In this document: piece after piece, positions 27,168 to 42,024 of the stretch
How positions within the stretch are numbered: position 1 is the first letter of the stretch
Layout of the letters: the number at the start of each line of letters is the position of its first letter
NCBI RefSeq assembly: GCF_009914755.1
Contig: NC_060933.1
DNA: 64,000 nucleotides
Reading direction: 5' to 3' (one strand)
Source of the DNA: the human T2T-CHM13v2.0 reference genome, Homo sapiens
Program-made: the position numbers and the translations under genes
The notes under the pieces: model-generated
Databases searched by the model: none
The model's input: only the letters and a program-made list of their open reading frames with translations
Told to the model about the DNA's origin: nothing

Positions 27168-27420
27168 CATTAGTGGTTAGAAGCATATGGGTTTGAAAAT
27201 CAGACTGTGTTTGAAAAAAAAATCTCTACCATTTTTTAGCTGAGTAATCATTTAACCTTTCTGTGCCTTAGCTTTCTGCATAAACCTCGGATGCTTATTG
27301 TAAAACAGAATAAAGTAGAACGTATCTCAAAGACTTGCATTAAGTGCTTTATTACATGTAAAAAACATAGAACTGTGCCTCGCACATAGTAAGTGTCCAA
27401 AAAATGTTAGTTATCATCAT
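27168..27420 (+). mobile_element. MIR
   Basis: TAGTGGTTAGAAGCAT...TTTAACCTTTCTGTGCCTTAG...GCACATAGTAAGTG. Confidence 0.8.
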
Positions 27421-27704
27421 TACCATTTTTATCCTTCTAAAATAGAATCATTTACTTTGTTCTTGGAGACCGGGAAAGAGTCTACAAAATACATATTTAA
27501 TCCTTTCCATTGTATTCCTAGCCCTTTGCTTTATCAGGAGCACCAATCTTTTTCCCACTTAAAATATTTTTCATATTCCAGTGGTTCTCAAGTTTTTCTT
27601 TTACATAGGTACCTGTATAATATAGAGACACATTCCATGAACTTTCACATGATATAATCCACAATTTTAGAATCTTTTGATTAAGCACATAAGAACAGAG
27701 GAAT

Positions 27705-27860
27705 TTAAGGAACTCTTGCAATAACTCCACAGTCCCTCCTGGCTCTGAGGCTGACTTGGTTAGGAACCATGGTTTTAATCAATAATGTATTTAGACTGAA
27801 GTGTAATTCTGGCTTATTTTTAATAACCCAGTGGGTCACAGCTCTTTCAGCCTCTCTTAC
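27705..27860 (-). CDS. RFX3: Alternative terminal extension of exon 15 (VREAERAVTHW...CGVIARVP*), 707-aa RFX3 isoform
   Basis: Open frame continues 51 codons past the donor to TAA; 656+51=707 aa matches the recalled shorter RFX3 isoform. Confidence 0.8.
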   Translation of the reverse strand, partial: VREAERAVTHWVIKNKPELHFSLNTLLIKTMVPNQVSLRARRDCGVIARVP

Positions 27861-28014
27861 CTCGCCCATGACTGCTATAGGAGTCTCTCCTGTTGCCTGA
27901 GCAACACGATGTTCTACTAAGTAAAACATATATTCGTCGTAGAGTAGACGGATCAGGTGGAAGGAGCCAAAGCTAGCAGCACTGCGTAAGGTTAAGTCCC
28001 GAATAACCATTGAG
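27861..28014 (-). CDS. RFX3: RFX3 exon 15: (S)SMVIRDLTLRSAASFGSFHLIRLLYDEYMFYLVEHRVAQATGETPIAVMGE, end of dimerization domain
   Basis: Acceptor CTCTTGGAACAG|CTC, donor GAG|GTAAGA; 154 nt; RDLTLRSAASFGSFHLIRLL is the conserved RFX1/2/3 dimerization motif. Confidence 0.97.
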
Positions 28015-28856
28015 CTGTTCCAAGAGAAAAGACAAATATGCAGCTAACATTAGTGACAAGAATTAGCATTCTACCTATTTTTCCTCTTAAAAAAAAGTCA
28101 AGCTGGGAGTCTATATGGTTGGTATAGTATAAAACCTGCCATGAAAGCATTTCATTATTGAACGCAGTTGCAACTCATTTAAATAGAATGATAAAGAGGT
28201 AATCCTCACGGAGACTTGATCCTTATTCAAGATAGATAGTCTTAATGGAAAAAGTCATTCTACTATCATGGGCAAGTCTGCTGCTTCTACCAAACTCACA
28301 AATAAATCAGAATTGAACACAAAAATGTCTGAAAGATTGACCACTCATTACTACCCTAAGAAAAACAACTTTAGTGAAAATCCTATTGATGAAGGTTGGC
28401 AGTCTGTCCCCTCTCAGTGATAACGATCTCTGGGGTAGGCCTTAGAAAAAAGATGCATTTCTGCCAGACAAAGCTCACAAAATATAATAAGCAATGTTCC
28501 CAGATGTGGCAATACAGAGTATAGGCAAGTACGTACAGGGATTCCAGCAAGTTTCCTTGGAAGGCAAACGTATTAAGTGTTTCCAGTTTCTTAATGATTT
28601 CCACTTAAATTAAGGCACATTTACATTAGAAATAAGCACAATAAAATCAATTAAGAAATGCGTTATTTTTGAAAATGCAAACATTTAAAGTATATAATAC
28701 GAAAATATAAGCAATATTTATAAAATACTTATAATAAACTCTATTATATTTAAAATGGAAATGAGTCCAAAATAAAATCTTGGCTTCAACATGCCAATCA
28801 TTAAGCTTGTTCATGCACTTCAAATCTTAAAATAGTCATAATTTAGAATCAGAGTG

Positions 28857-28887
28857 ATGTGTGTGTGTGAGTGTGTGTATGTGTGTG
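28857..28887 (+). repeat. Imperfect (TG)n
   Basis: Direct reading. Confidence 0.8.
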
Positions 28888-30149
28888 TTTCTTATCACTT
28901 TCATTTACTGACCTTTTTCTAAAGATTTTTGGCAGATGAACACTAAAACAACCATTGTATTCTCAGGAGAAAGAGGTAAAAACTCACCTATGCCTCGTTT
29001 TACAGTAAAGAATTATAAGACATCAGGCAAATGGAAAAACAAAAGACTGTACTTTTGTTTTCTGTTTTATTTTTCAACCTTGTTTAAATAGAGGCTACTA
29101 ATACATCAAATTGTATGCATTCAACTTGGCAAGTGACAGATCATCATTGTCCATCTGAAACACAGAAGCCTTGAATTCTGATTCTGTCTCTTCATTGACT
29201 GTTGATCTCAAAAACATCATTTCCCCGAGATGTTTTTCCTCTTGCATGAAAACAAAACATTGCCTTTAGTCTTATCTAACTTACATGCTTATTTCAAGGA
29301 TAAAATAAGTTAAAGGATGTGAAATCAACTTATGAATGACTAGAACGCTATTCAAATATAAGTGATTGTGATTATAATACACAGAATAGGAGAAGCTGAC
29401 TTTCTCATTCTCATTTATTTATGGTGGCAAGAATAGCAATTATTATATGATGATGGCAGAGGACCTCTCAATTCTGTGGATCTATTTACTAAAATAATAA
29501 TAATAAGAATAAGCACGGGTTTGAAGTTACACAGACCCGGGTTGCCACTATGTGATTTCAATTGTGATCATATAATTTTTTGTAAGGTTCAAAGTTTAGC
29601 CTAAGAGTCAAATGACATAATGTATGTGAAATCTTAAGAAAACTACCAATGTAACTATACTGTTACCTACATTAGTGTTAATAATATATTCATTATCATA
29701 AATAGTAGGTCTAGTGAATGATATCTTAGAGTTGACTACTTCAACGAATTCCTTAAGTTTACAGCTCTATAAATAATTATTAAAAATAAATGAATACTTT
29801 CATTTGCATGCCAACATATATGACAAAATTCTATATATAACTCTATCCACGTCGTTCCTAAAATTCAGTGACATATCACCAATTTGTAAAAATAATTTAT
29901 AAGATTACAATATAAGAGTTATATGAAAATAAATATTTCTATTCCTATGGTAAAAAAAATTTTAAAGCAGTGAATCACTTACTAAAAAAGCAAAAACAAC
30001 ACAAAAATAAAAAGAAAATGTTACATAACGTTTTTACCCATACTAACAAAGACTTGAAATAAATGATTTTTAAAGTAAAGCATGAACAGAATATTTGCTC
30101 CTAATTGCATTTATCTTGCTGAAGAAAGATAGCAAGTATTTAAAATTTT

Positions 30150-31140
30150 CAAATTTTAAAAATTTAAAGTATAAGACAAATGCCTAACAAACATACAAAA
30201 ACATGACTAATTTTACTTGGAATTAAAGAAATGAAAATTAAAGTAAGATACCCTATATAATCTATAAAGCTGTCAGAGGTTAAAAGACCCAATGTTATAG
30301 CTGGTTTGGAAAAACTCTCCTTTACTGTCCCTATGAATATAAATTCATAAAACTTTTGTAGAGGGAAATTTGGCAGTATTTGTCAAAATTTAAAAGGTCA
30401 AAACCTTTGACCCAGCAATCTAATTCTAGAAATTTACACAATTGACCAAAGATAGTCACAACTGCAGCACAATATTTCTACTAATGAGAAACTAGGAAAA
30501 GAAAGTAAATATCATTAAAAAGATAATCTAGTAGGATGCTGATTAAACAAGTTATGGCTCATCCAGATATAAAATTTTATGCAATCATTAAAAAAATGAA
30601 GTAGACATAAGTAGTAACATACAAAGATGTTTATAATATAATCGTTAAGTTGAAGCAAGATACATGAGCTCATTTACATAAAAACACTCCATACATCAAA
30701 AAATTCCTACCCCCAAGTGAATTGGAATATCTAATACTTTATTAGCATTGAGATCACACACTTCATTAAACTAGTATTAGTTACTTTAAATGTTTATATC
30801 CTTTTACTTGAACTTATCCAAAGATATACGTACAATCGTATATGAAGATAATCATAACAGCATTTTTAAAAACTCTATCAAAACACCAAAACCCATCTTA
30901 ATGTTCAAGAATAAGGGAATGTTTAAATAATGTATGAGGCATAAACATAATGAAATAGTATGAGGACGTTAAACATTATGTTTCTGAAGATATTTAATGG
31001 CAAGAAATGCTTAAGATATAATTGCAAATAAAAAATGTTAAGAGAAAAATATAGTTAAATAGTCTATGGTAAACAACTGGATCCCAATTTTATTTAACCC
31101 AAAAAGAAACATTTAACCAGTGGTAATTTCCGGGTAGAAG
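30150..31140 (+). mobile_element. Old L1M 3'-region fragments
   Basis: GGAAATTTGGCAGTATTTGTCAAAATTT...CCTTTGACCCAGCAATCTAATTCTAGAAATTTA; approximate. Confidence 0.65.
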
Positions 31141-31181
31141 TTTTTGTATTTCCTAGATTATCTTTTTAAAAAATTAATTAA

Positions 31182-31463
31182 TTTTTTTTTTTAGAGACAG
31201 GGGTCTTGCTGTATTGTCCAGGCTGGGGTGTGGTGATGCCATTATAGTTCACTGCAGCATTGAACTCCTGGGTTCCAGTGATCTTACGCTCCTCACCTCC
31301 CATAGGCACTTGCTACCATGCTCAGCTAATTATTTTATTTTGTTAGAGATGGGGTCTCACTATGTTGCCCAGGCTGGTCTCGAACTCCTGGACTCAACTG
31401 ATCCTCCTGCCTCAGCCTCCCCCAAATAGCTGGGATTACAGGTGCAAGCCACCATGCCTGGCC
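31182..31463 (-). mobile_element. Diverged AluJ
   Basis: AGAGACAGGGGTCTTGCT...CACTGCAGC..TGAACTCCTGGG; flanking TGTATTT duplication. Confidence 0.9.
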
Positions 31464-31659
31464 TGTATTTACCACATTTTCTAATGTGAGCATATATTAA
31501 CTGCATAATAAAAATATTTATTTTAAAAGATGTCATTCATTATATAATAATACAGAAAAACAATACTGAGTCAGGTGAATGTTAATAAATCTTTTCAGGA
31601 ATAAATATCACAGATACAGAATGAGTCTTTCTTTATATATTTCTAAGTTCAAATTTTAG

Positions 31660-31938
<279 letters not shown>

Positions 31939-32048
31939 TAAAATATAATAACCCTGAAATCATGTGAACAACTAAGGAGAATGTTCATAACAAGTAGTTT
32001 CTGATATCATTTTAGAAATGCAAATTCAACTTTTTCCAATAAAATTCA

Positions 32049-32575
32049 CATTTATTTAGCAGATATTTATTGTGTTCCTACTCTGCGGCAGGGTCTTGGT
32101 TCAGACAAGACAGACAAAATTTGGTTTCAAAAAAGTTCACGTTCTGTTAGGTGAGACAGTTGGTAAATACACAAGTAGATAAAAAAATATAAAGTTAGGG
32201 AGTAAGAGATCCTATAAATCAGGGCCAGAGATTGGAGAGTGATGAGGGCAGGCATTTTAAGTTGGGGTATCTAGAAAATTCTTTCTGAGGAGGTGATATC
32301 TGAGCAGAAACTGGATTGAAGTGAGGAAACGAACACAGGTGAAGAGTCTTCCTGGCAGAAAGGAGAGCAAATGAAAGAGCTTGAGACAGAACTGCTTGCT
32401 GTTTTCAAAGAGTAGCCAGGAGGCTAATGTGGTAGGAAGGCAGTGAGCAAAGAGAAGAATACCTGATAGGGTCTGGATGACTCTAGTGGCTGGACTGTGT
32501 AGGGTCTAGTAGGCCATGATAAGGCCTTTGGATTTCATTCTGAGTGTTTTGGAAACTTTTGGATGGTTAGGCAAT
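32049..32575 (-). mobile_element. L2 3' portion
   Basis: CATTTATTTAGCAGATATTTATTG...TCTGAGGAGGTGATATCTGAGCAGA...GTAGGCCATGATAAGG. Confidence 0.8.
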
Positions 32576-34327
32576 CACCTTATTTCAGCATAAAATGCAC
32601 ACGTAATACTAAATTCTGTTGGAAGTTTAAAAAAAAATTTATTGATCCTCAATTATAATACCTAGTTATTTAAAAAATACTGACATGTATGTCATGAAAT
32701 TATTGTCATATGTTTAGAAAAGAATCAGTTGAATTGTATCATTAACGCTATGTCTACTTTATTCTCTCTGTGTCAGGCCTCCGCTTTACATGCCAAGTAT
32801 TAAATGACACAATTAACAGTTTAATTGGAATCCTATTGTCCGATTCAGACTTCCGTAAGAAATGTTGTAAAATTGACTCCACTGAATTGTTGCTAAGTTA
32901 CCATGAATTCAACTCTTTTTAAGATCAGAGTTGTAAACGTTAATTATTTTATAATGGACAAGAAATATCTTTGTGTATTTATCTTTATAACTCATGGCGT
33001 GGAAATTGAAATATATGCCCTAACATGCGATAGCCAACCTGCCTCTTCTGAGTGTTTGAAGATGTATCACACCCTTCAGGTGAGAACATCACGCCTGTGA
33101 TCCTTATGTGAACTCACTCTTTGAAAAGTGCTTACAGTTGATTCAAAAAAGAGTATTACTTTTTGGAAGATTCATATATTGTCCAGTTGTAGGCAAACTA
33201 GGCACCCTGTGCCTACTTTCACGCCAAATATCAAAGCTATACATTCCACTCTTTAAAAATGGGATATCTGAATGACCTTCAGGGTGGCCCTGAAGAATGC
33301 TCTCTTCTGTTATCCAAAACACACAAGCTGAGAAATGGCCCATATAACTTCTCCAATTCTGCCCAAGAAAGGCAGTGATTTTTTTTTCTGCCTCCCAGGG
33401 AACCACAATTAGTCACTGACAGCCAGGTTAGGCAAGGAGAAAGCCCCCATTCAGAGCAGAACCTCTTTGTAGCGCTGTATCAACTGCTATTATGATTCTC
33501 GGCAAGTTCATTTCTATATTTCCATGCATGTAAATATATACAAAAAATTTTAGAAATTAGATTAAGCATCTGATTTCAGAACATGAAGGGCCTGTGTATG
33601 TGACTGCCAAATTTATAATGGCATTTACAAATTTACAAATTTTTGGCATCTGTAATGCCAAAAACATTAAAAAATATTCTAATTCTGCTTCTCTGATAGT
33701 TTGTGAATGTAATTTTCATTACTCAATATGTTCTTATGTCTCAGTAAAAAACAGTTCAGATATTAAAGGCTTAAGTTTCTCAGCTATTGACTTTGCCTAC
33801 CAGCAGGAGGTATGCATCTGTCTGAATGTGCCTTTCCTTCTGGGGCCCTGAACTGTAGGCCTTCAAGTCTTTTTGAAACGAAAATAATAACTATAATAGT
33901 ATCTAATAATAACAAGCCAATTATCCTCAACTCAGGGAGGACAGAGGGCAGGCAAGTGATGATCTACTGGGTTTGTATATCTGCAGAGAACAAGAAATAC
34001 AAGTAAGTAATTTTCTCTCCCTTCAAGATACCTGCAACAGATCTCTGTGGAGATGAAGGCTCCAGGGATGTATTTCTAAAATGACATCAACTAAATATAG
34101 GAAAAAAAAAAAAACCAACCACAGGTAGACGTAAGGGCAAGTCTGACACTAATAACATAAGAAAGCAGTAGGAAGAAAAAAAGCACCTTGCTTTTTTGGA
34201 TGTAGAGGATGGACTCTGCCTTTGGTCATATAAGTTTTGGAACAGCCAGTCAGTGTACTGCTGTTTCATCAATTATTCATGGAGCACATATACCACTTAC
34301 GTTGTTATCTGGGAAAAAACTTGATGA

Positions 34328-34602
<275 letters not shown>

Positions 34603-35727
34603 TGAGAACACTGTGATAACGCATTTCAAATCCTCCTGCTGTATCAAGGGAAAACTTAATTTCTCATCAACACATTTCTCATAAACACCCAGATCCAAAC
34701 CTAGCACTGGCTTCACTGATGCATACTAGTGGGTCACAGAGCCAGACAACACCTTAATAATGTGCTTCTTGAATTATGTGGGCTAAAGGTGTTAAATATA
34801 TGAGAGGCAGGACTGTGGAATTGTACCACTGCAAAAACAAAAACAAAACAACAGCAAAAAACTGGTTGGCTTTCTTTCATTGCATTTGACCCTGGGCTAG
34901 ACACTAGACAGCTATTTTCAGGATGTAAGGATAATTTAACTCTTATGAAACATATAATGTGGATCTATACGTCTACTTCAGTTTAAGAAATAAGAATATG
35001 GACCAAATCAGTTGAGAAAGAAAAAAGTCACTTATAATAAAACCAAAGGAACTACCATCATAATTAAAAGACCTCTGATTCCATCATTATAACCAAAGGT
35101 GGTCAAAGCAATATGGAAATCCTATAGTCTGGGTCTACTGAGTTCACAAGTACTATTAGTTCCTACATTCCATTACTCATTCATAGTCTTTCCCTCCTCA
35201 CAACTAGCTTTGGACTCACCACTGATGTCCAGAGGATGACCATAGTGTAGCCACAGCTACAGTCAGGTGTATGTCCTGTGGCCACCACTTTCTGATATGT
35301 GCATGGCTGCACAGAATCTACAGTAGAGACTGCCTATACTTTACAGCAGATATTAATCTTAGGGCCAAATCAGTGGGGCCAGCTTTATCTAAAGAAGCTA
35401 AAAAATGAACTCTCACCATAAGAACAAATGCCAGAGTTAAAAATATAATTTACCCAACTTATGGAAGAATTCCCTCTGCCAATTCCATCCTACATATATG
35501 GTAGAGACACTGACCTACAAAGGTCATAAATGCTGTTTTTAATCTTTGTGGCCGAGTTATGGTCAACAGCTCATCCCATCATTTGATATATGTCATGTAA
35601 TCAGAAAGCCCTTTTCTTCTGGGTGCTTCTATGTCTACAAAAATACACGTTTCTATCTATACTATTTTAGTCAAAAAGTGATTTATCTTATTAATAAGCT
35701 ATGTTACTGTCTACGAGATTACTGATG

Positions 35728-36432
<705 letters not shown>

Positions 36433-36819
36433 ACAGAGAACAAAAAGGAGACTAGTGTTAGGCCTCAAGAAAGAAGCCTAAATAATGTATGTTGCAAGAG
36501 GGAGGACAGTTGCCCTTTTCTGATTACTGCTGAACACATTATCTAGACTGGAATCTCAGACGTTCCCATCTGAGGACATGTAGGGCTTTGAGCAAGAGAT
36601 TTCTTTTCCTAGCAGAAAGTTTATTTCTCTAAGTTTCCTGGTACATTTCCATGGTGTTGTAATCACTGAGTTGGGTTGAAGGTAGTTGTAACAGGGAGTT
36701 TCCACAAACTAAAGTCTTTATTACTTTCTTTTCTTTTGTCACAGAAGCATATACAAACACATACACACACATATTTGCAGAATATGAAGAAGAAAGCCTA
36801 GGAAAAACCTAGATGATAC

Positions 36820-37028
36820 CTGTAGAAAGACCATTTTAGCAGAAACTGCCTGGCGGCTTTAGGAAAACTGGGTCTTCCTTCATAGGGTTTCAGTGCTTGC
36901 ATCATCACATTGTCAAGCCACGCAGCCCACTGCTCCAGGGTGCTCTGCTGCTGAAGAGTCATCTTGAAGTCTGTTTCTAGTCTCTGAACCATGTTGTCAT
37001 CACACTGGCACACCCAGGAAGCCTGCTC
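36820..37028 (-). CDS. RFX3: RFX3 exon 14: EQASWVCQCDDNMVQRLETDFKMTLQQQSTLEQWAAWLDNV...RQFLLKWSFY(S)
   Basis: Acceptor CTGTCTCAG|GAG, donor CAG|GTATCA; 209 nt, frame consistent. Confidence 0.97.
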
Positions 37029-40000
37029 CTGAGACAGTAACACAGAAAGAAAAGGAAAAGTTCAATTCAGCATCCTTTCATTGAATGCCAGCACACACAC
37101 TAGATGCAAGAACAGAAAATTATAATAAAAGCTTCACACAGTTAAATGAATCCAGAAAATAAAAAACTACTTGTCAATTGTTAGGGTAACACAATCTTTA
37201 TCAGTTTTAAGGGATGAGTATTTCTCGTTGCTCACTCTGGTACACAGAAAAGTGATGACACATGTAAGTATCATTTGGTTTTTCTACATTAACTAGTCTG
37301 TGTAAAAGACTAAAATACATGATGACTTCAAAAAATAGAAGTCTGAACCTACAGTAGGCAGGGTCTTTCATCCTATTCAGCTTTCATACTGCTTTCAGAA
37401 GTTGTCTTTTTGTTCCCCATCAGATAAAACTTTAAAACCAATTTATTTGAGAAGATTTAGGGTAAGTCAGACAGATAAATAGATAAAATTGGCCAAAAGA
37501 GGTCCCCTCAAGATTAAAACAGAAACAAACACTGAATGATACTAGGTAGAAGCATATGCTGCTGTGAGTTATATGGATTGGGAACAGAAATCTCAAGGGC
37601 TATCAAGGCAAGGCTATGAATGCAAATTAATTCAGAGAAATGAAAACCACAATAACAACAACAACAAAAACTCTTGAGAAAATGTAGACATGCTTCCTGC
37701 CAAAAACTGTGATTATTGCAATTTTCCTTCTGGTTCTGGTTGGGAAATGTTTGGTAACAGCAATGAAAATAGGAACTTTTAAGGCTACTTTTCAGTGGTT
37801 GCCATAAGTACTGTGATGTTTCCAGTGCTATGTTGTATTTTAAGATTTAAAAAAACCTATTCACTCAAGGCAAAACATAATTTTTTGGTAACGTAATATT
37901 TGACTGGGAATGAGAAGACATAGGTGTTAGGTCCTGAATAAACAAAACTAACCTCAAGCAATTAATTTATGTGGGCCTCAGTTTCCCTAAGCATAAAATT
38001 AAAGAAATGAAATTTAATGAAAAATTTTAAGCTGGGTTCATTGTGTCCAGATAATTTTGTCAAGATAGATTTCTTTGGAGAAGTGTCTGTGAGGCTCCTA
38101 ATAAAACCTTGTGAATACATATGTATTTTTCTCAAAAGAGTGTCTATAGCTTCTTTTTCTATATGCTCTCAAAAAACAAGTTCATTCAAATTAACAACTT
38201 CAACTGAATAAATCCATTATCTCCATCTTCTAGTTCCAGTATCTCTCCTGATCCTACAGACTTTACCTATTCAAGGTACATTTCAACCTGAAGGCACTTC
38301 AAATGCAAAATGCCCCAAACTCAACTTATTTTATTTTCCCAGGGAAACCTACTGTTTCTTCTATATCTCAGCTGATGATACTATTCACTGTCTTTTTTCC
38401 TCTTATCTAATTAATCATAAATCCATTCAGATGTTACCTTCTGAATACCACTTTTAAATATTTTAAGTATACTAAAATATCATTATAGAAAAAACTGTGA
38501 ATACAAATAAGCAAAAAAGGAACAAAACATTAAGAATACTTAAAATGGCAACAGTAAGAAATTACAGCATATTGATGTATGTACCTTTCAAACTTTTCAC
38601 ATGCATATAGAAATAATTTATGCATATATCATCATATATATACACTATATTATTTATGCATACATTTATATTTTAAATATATATTTGTATTATAAAACAC
38701 ATATATCTACACATACATTTTATATTATTATATGCTTATACATACTTAAATGTTTAAAATAAAAGAGGATCATATTATATTTTCTATTAGATATTCTGCT
38801 TAGTTTCACTTAGAAATATTTAATAACCATCTTTCCATGTAGGCAAATTAGACCTATCTTCATTGTCCACTGAATGAATTTGTTTTATTGCATCATATAC
38901 TATTATTTACATAACCAATCCCACATAGTTAGACATTTGTTTGTTCCAACATTTTAGTATTACAAATAAAGCTGAAATTAGCAGGAGAGGTTTTTTTTGT
39001 TTGTTTGCACGTTGATAATTGGAAGGAGAAACTTACTAGTATCCATGAAGGAATTTAATTTCATTTCTTACCATAAATTCAAACTCACTATTTACTTGGC
39101 AGTTAGTTTTTGCCAAGAAAAGATGATAATCTAAAACCTAACTTAGAGAAATAAAACCACAGCACATTATTCTGGCTTTTCAAACTACTTTATATTATAC
39201 TTCATTTTACTACTCTCTAAAGTGAAAATATACTAACAATAGAGCGCATTGTAAATATTCCCTTGTGAAACGAATGTAGATATTTCAAGTCTATAATTAA
39301 AAAAGCTAAGGACACTTAGAGATGTTCTTAAATTAGAAAAAAAAAAATATCCAAAATGAAAAGTAGTCAGGAACTTCAAAATCAGAATGCCTTTTAAATA
39401 CAGAAACACAACTATATGCAATAGCTAAGTTATCAGGTCAGCCCACCGAAAGCTATTTAGCCCATAATGTAGATCTCAAAAACCACCATTTACACAAAAA
39501 ATTAGAGAATTATGCCATCGTAATACTATCAATTAAATGAAACAGGAAACCAGTTATACTGCAATAGAAAAATTATCTTAAATGCATAAAGAAAAGAAAA
39601 TTTAATTAGAGGAGAATGAAGTAGTGAAAAGTGATATATGGATATCCTGAAAGGAATTTTTTAGCACTTTCAAGCTCTTAAGTGTATTATAATATTGACA
39701 CACATGTAATTTCATTGTTTTAAATAGAAGTCTCCTTATTACAAGAGCATCATTCTTATATTGTCAGATTATTGAGGTTCATGTTATAGAAGCTGGGACG
39801 ACTTCCAAATGAACTGGAGATGGGGATAAAGGTAAAATGGGAGGCAAGGGACTCTGGGAAAATCTGGCAAAACTAGGAAAAGAAAAGGAAAGAAATAAGG
39901 GTGTTAAAGAGGAAAAGTGCTACCTTGAGAAAGAGATTACTCATTAATATGTACAGAGCTGTGAAAAGTAAAATGTAGGGGGAAATGAAGGGCTCACTAC

Positions 40001-40949
40001 TGTGTCATGGTACTCTGAAGAAAGGAAGAAGGTTTTGGAGGGCAGATGCCGAATCATATGGGTTTCAGGAGTAATGGCTATCATGGTGGACCCAGAAAAA
40101 CATGATAGTCAAAAATAGAGGAAAAGAAAGGGTATTCTTAAAGTTGGCAGGTAGAGGATAAGTCGTACAGTAGACATATCACTGATCACTAATATGCAAA
40201 AATGTTCCCAAGGTTAATGCTTATAACCAGGGAAGAACTCATTTGTAGAAATACTTCATTGGAATGCAGATACACAAATATATATATATGTATTTATACA
40301 TATAATAATGCTAACAGAACACTGAAAAACTTTTTCGGATATTATTATAAATAATTCTTTAAAATGTTTTCTGTTACTGAGTTTAAATTACTTTCTGAAA
40401 CTAGAAGCTGCCTTACTTCTTCAACTCTTCTTAAGAGACTTTTAAACAAATCTTTTCTGAAAAAAGATTTGAAATAAATATTACAGTATAGATTTTAAGG
40501 CAATATTAACTTTTAATACTCTTGCTTATTCAGTTAATACATCCCACGGAAATATGTAAAGTAAATGGTTTTGTAAAGCTGAGAAACTTTGTTCTTGTAA
40601 AGATTATGTACTTGTATGTGTGTATGTGTTTTTCTAGATGGATAGATGATATTTTTTAAAACTTCATATATATAGTTTTAAATTAGATATAAATAGATAT
40701 AAATATCTAATATAAAATATTAGATAGATATAGATCTCTCTCTCTATATATATATATATCTCAGAAGTTTGAACCCAGTCCATGAAAGTCTCAATGAACA
40801 ACTAATTTTTATCGTACTCTAAAATGGATCAAGCCCAAATGTTACTTTTTGGTATATTTTAAATGACAAAACTAGGCAAGAAGTAGAAATTAAAATTTCT
40901 AGAAAATAAAATAATTACTAATTAGCTTATTTTTAAAACAACAGTAATG

Positions 40950-42024
40950 TTTTTTAACAGCTTTACTGAAATGTAATTCACATATTATACAATTCATTCA
41001 TCTAAAGAATACCGTTCAAAGGTTTCTTTTAGGATATTCACAAAGTTGTACATCACTGACCACAATCAATTTTAGACCTTTTTAATTTTCCTAAAAATAA
41101 ACCCCATGACTCTTATTTGTTACCTCCCAGTCTTCTCAATCCCCCAGGCCTAGGTAACTACCAATCTACCTTCTGTCTGTATAGATGTATCTATTCTGGA
41201 ATTTCATACGAATGGAATCATGTCACGTGTGATCCTTTGTACCTGGCTTCTTTCACTTAGCATCATGTTTCCAAGGTTCATCTATACTGCAGAATGAATC
41301 AGAACTTCATTTCTTTTTATTGCCCAATAATATTCCATTGTATGGATAGATCACATTTTGTTTATCTATTAATCAGTTGACGGACATTTGGGTTGTTTCT
41401 GCTTTTATGTGGCTAATATAAATAGTGCTGCTATGAACCTCTATGTATAAGTTTTGTGTGGACATGATTTCATTTCTCTTGGGTATACAACAAGAAGTTG
41501 AACTGCTGAGTCATACGGTAACTATATGTTTATCTTTTTGACAAACTGCCACACTGTTTTCCAAAGTGGCTACAGCATTTTATATTCTGACCAGCAGTGT
41601 ATGAGGTTCCAATGTTTTCACATCCTCGCCAATAGGGTATGTTATTATATGTCTTTTTGCTTAGACCCATTTTAGAGTATACGAAATGGTACCTCGCTGT
41701 GGTTTTGACTTGTATTTCCCTGGTGGCTAATGACATTAAGCATCTTTTAATGTGATTATTGGCCATTTGTATGTTTTCTTTGCGGAAATGTCTACTCAGA
41801 TGTTTGTCCATATTTAATCAGGTTTTCTTTATTACTGGGTTGTAATGGTTCTTTATATATTCTATAAACAAGTCCTTTATCAGATATATAATTTGCAAAA
41901 ATCTTCTCACATTCTGTGGTTTGCCATTTCACATTCTTGATGGTCTCTTTTGAAACCCCAAAGTTTTAAATTTTGATTACGTACAGTTTATGTATTTTTC
42001 CTCTTGTTGCTTATGCTTTTGGTG
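40950..42024 (-). mobile_element. L1M (L1MB-like) 3' end with ORF2 C-terminal remnant
   Basis: ORF 41530-41811 (RHFRKENIQMANNHIKRCLMSLATREIQVKTTARYH) is a decayed L1 ORF2p C-terminus; typical L1MB 3' UTR. Confidence 0.9.

Noticed and set aside
40700-40760. 10-bp AT-rich inverted repeat and (CT)(TA) run
   Set aside because: Low-complexity DNA where such stems are expected by chance
41530-41811. 93-aa ORF with protein-like composition
   Set aside because: Decayed L1 ORF2p C-terminus, not a host gene
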